In this document: positions 63,615-64,000 of the stretch, piece by piece | Numbering within the stretch: position 1 is the first letter of the stretch | How the letters are laid out: each line of letters begins with the position of its first letter | Assembly: GCA_002344065.1 (NCBI GenBank) | Contig: DDTK01000011.1 | Coordinates: forward strand, 641,977 to 705,976 | Direction: 5' to 3' | From: Flammeovirgaceae bacterium UBA2366 | GTDB lineage: Bacteria > Bacteroidota > Bacteroidia > Cytophagales > Cyclobacteriaceae | Length of the DNA stretch: 64,000 nucleotides | Position numbers and translations under genes: made by a program | The notes under the pieces: model-generated | The model's input: the letters and a program-made list of their open reading frames with translations, nothing else | Told to the model about the DNA's origin: nothing | Databases searched by the model: none

Positions 63615-64000
63615 TTAAAATTTAATACGACTAAGTTCCCGTTTCACATCACGTTCTTTTATGCTATCGCGCTTGTCATGAATTTTCTTTCCGCGCGCCA
63701 GCGCGATTTCCAATTTAGCAAATCCGCGATCATTAATAAAGAGGCGTACAGGCACCAAGGTAAGTCCTTTTTCTTCAACCTTTCCTTCCAGCTTTTTAAG
63801 TTCCGATCGTTTGAGCAGTAATTTTCGCTCACGCGCTGCTTCATGGTTATAGTGTGTGCCTTGTGCATAAGGATTTATGGTAATCGCTTTCACAAACAAT
63901 TCTCCATTATTAAAATAACAATAGCCATCCTGAAGATTAACCTTGCCCTCTTTAATTGACTTGATCTCCGTTCCCTTCAATACAAGTCCGGCAATGTATT
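63615..64000 (-). CDS. smpB: SsrA-binding protein, N-terminus beyond the window end
   Basis: [26 protein letters not shown]...[11 protein letters not shown]...[32 protein letters not shown] is the canonical SmpB pattern. The reading frame continues past 63980 to the window edge. Confidence 0.85.
   Translation of the reverse strand, partial: YIAGLVLKGTEIKSIKEGKVNLQDGYCYFNNGELFVKAITINPYAQGTHYNHEAARERKLLLKRSELKKLEGKVEEKGLTLVPVRLFINDRGFAKLEIALARGKKIHDKRDSIKERDVKRELSRIKF

Overview
This 64-kb chromosomal window looks like a Bacteroidota (Cytophagia/Flavobacteriia-like) genome. The evidence is lipoprotein-type signal peptides, TAnnTTTG-type -7 boxes, many ~800-aa FtsX/MacB permeases, TonB-dependent receptor and DUF1080/DUF2807 families, and characteristic intergenic palindromic repeats. 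I saw no rRNA, tRNA, CRISPR array, transposase or integrase. All protein calls rest on motif recognition in the supplied translations; no database search was run.

Contents from left to right:
- the fabH 3' end;
- envelope proteases (M16, S41, and two tandem M28 paralogs);
- type III glutamine synthetase;
- a mixed set of hydrolases and membrane proteins, including an orphan pdeM;
- a SulP/USP pair;
- an OmpR-type two-component system with a TonB-dependent receptor and a PepSY protein;
- an Lhr-like 'ligase-associated' helicase;
- an ~11-kb same-strand light-response cluster (36.5-47.9 kb), with a carH-like regulator gene just upstream at 35.5 kb;
- a sigma54-linked MacA/MacB-type efflux locus with three paralogous permeases;
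- a lipoprotein, an HNH endonuclease, an NlpC/P60 peptidase and the smpB 3' part.

The light-response cluster holds a CarH-type B12 photoreceptor/MerR regulator, an ECF sigma factor, crtI-crtB-idi, three cryptochrome/photolyase-family genes, several uncharacterised genes, and crtZ plus a lycopene cyclase.

The best candidates for something undescribed are:
1. The translationally coupled block inside the light operon (41.5-46.6 kb). It contains a DUF2256 zinc ribbon, an FeS-BCP-like photolyase that appears to lack the CxxC cluster ligands, a flavin-reductase-like protein, a photolyase homolog with only the FAD domain plus an odd C-terminal domain, SDR-DUF2867 and SRPBCC.
2. A 111-bp nested palindromic repeat inserted in frame into the Lhr-like helicase gene.
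3. Paired TGGCAC-N5-TTGG sigma54-like promoters and a GGACAT palindrome cluster, which link the efflux locus to an NtrC-like regulator and an intramembrane-type histidine kinase.
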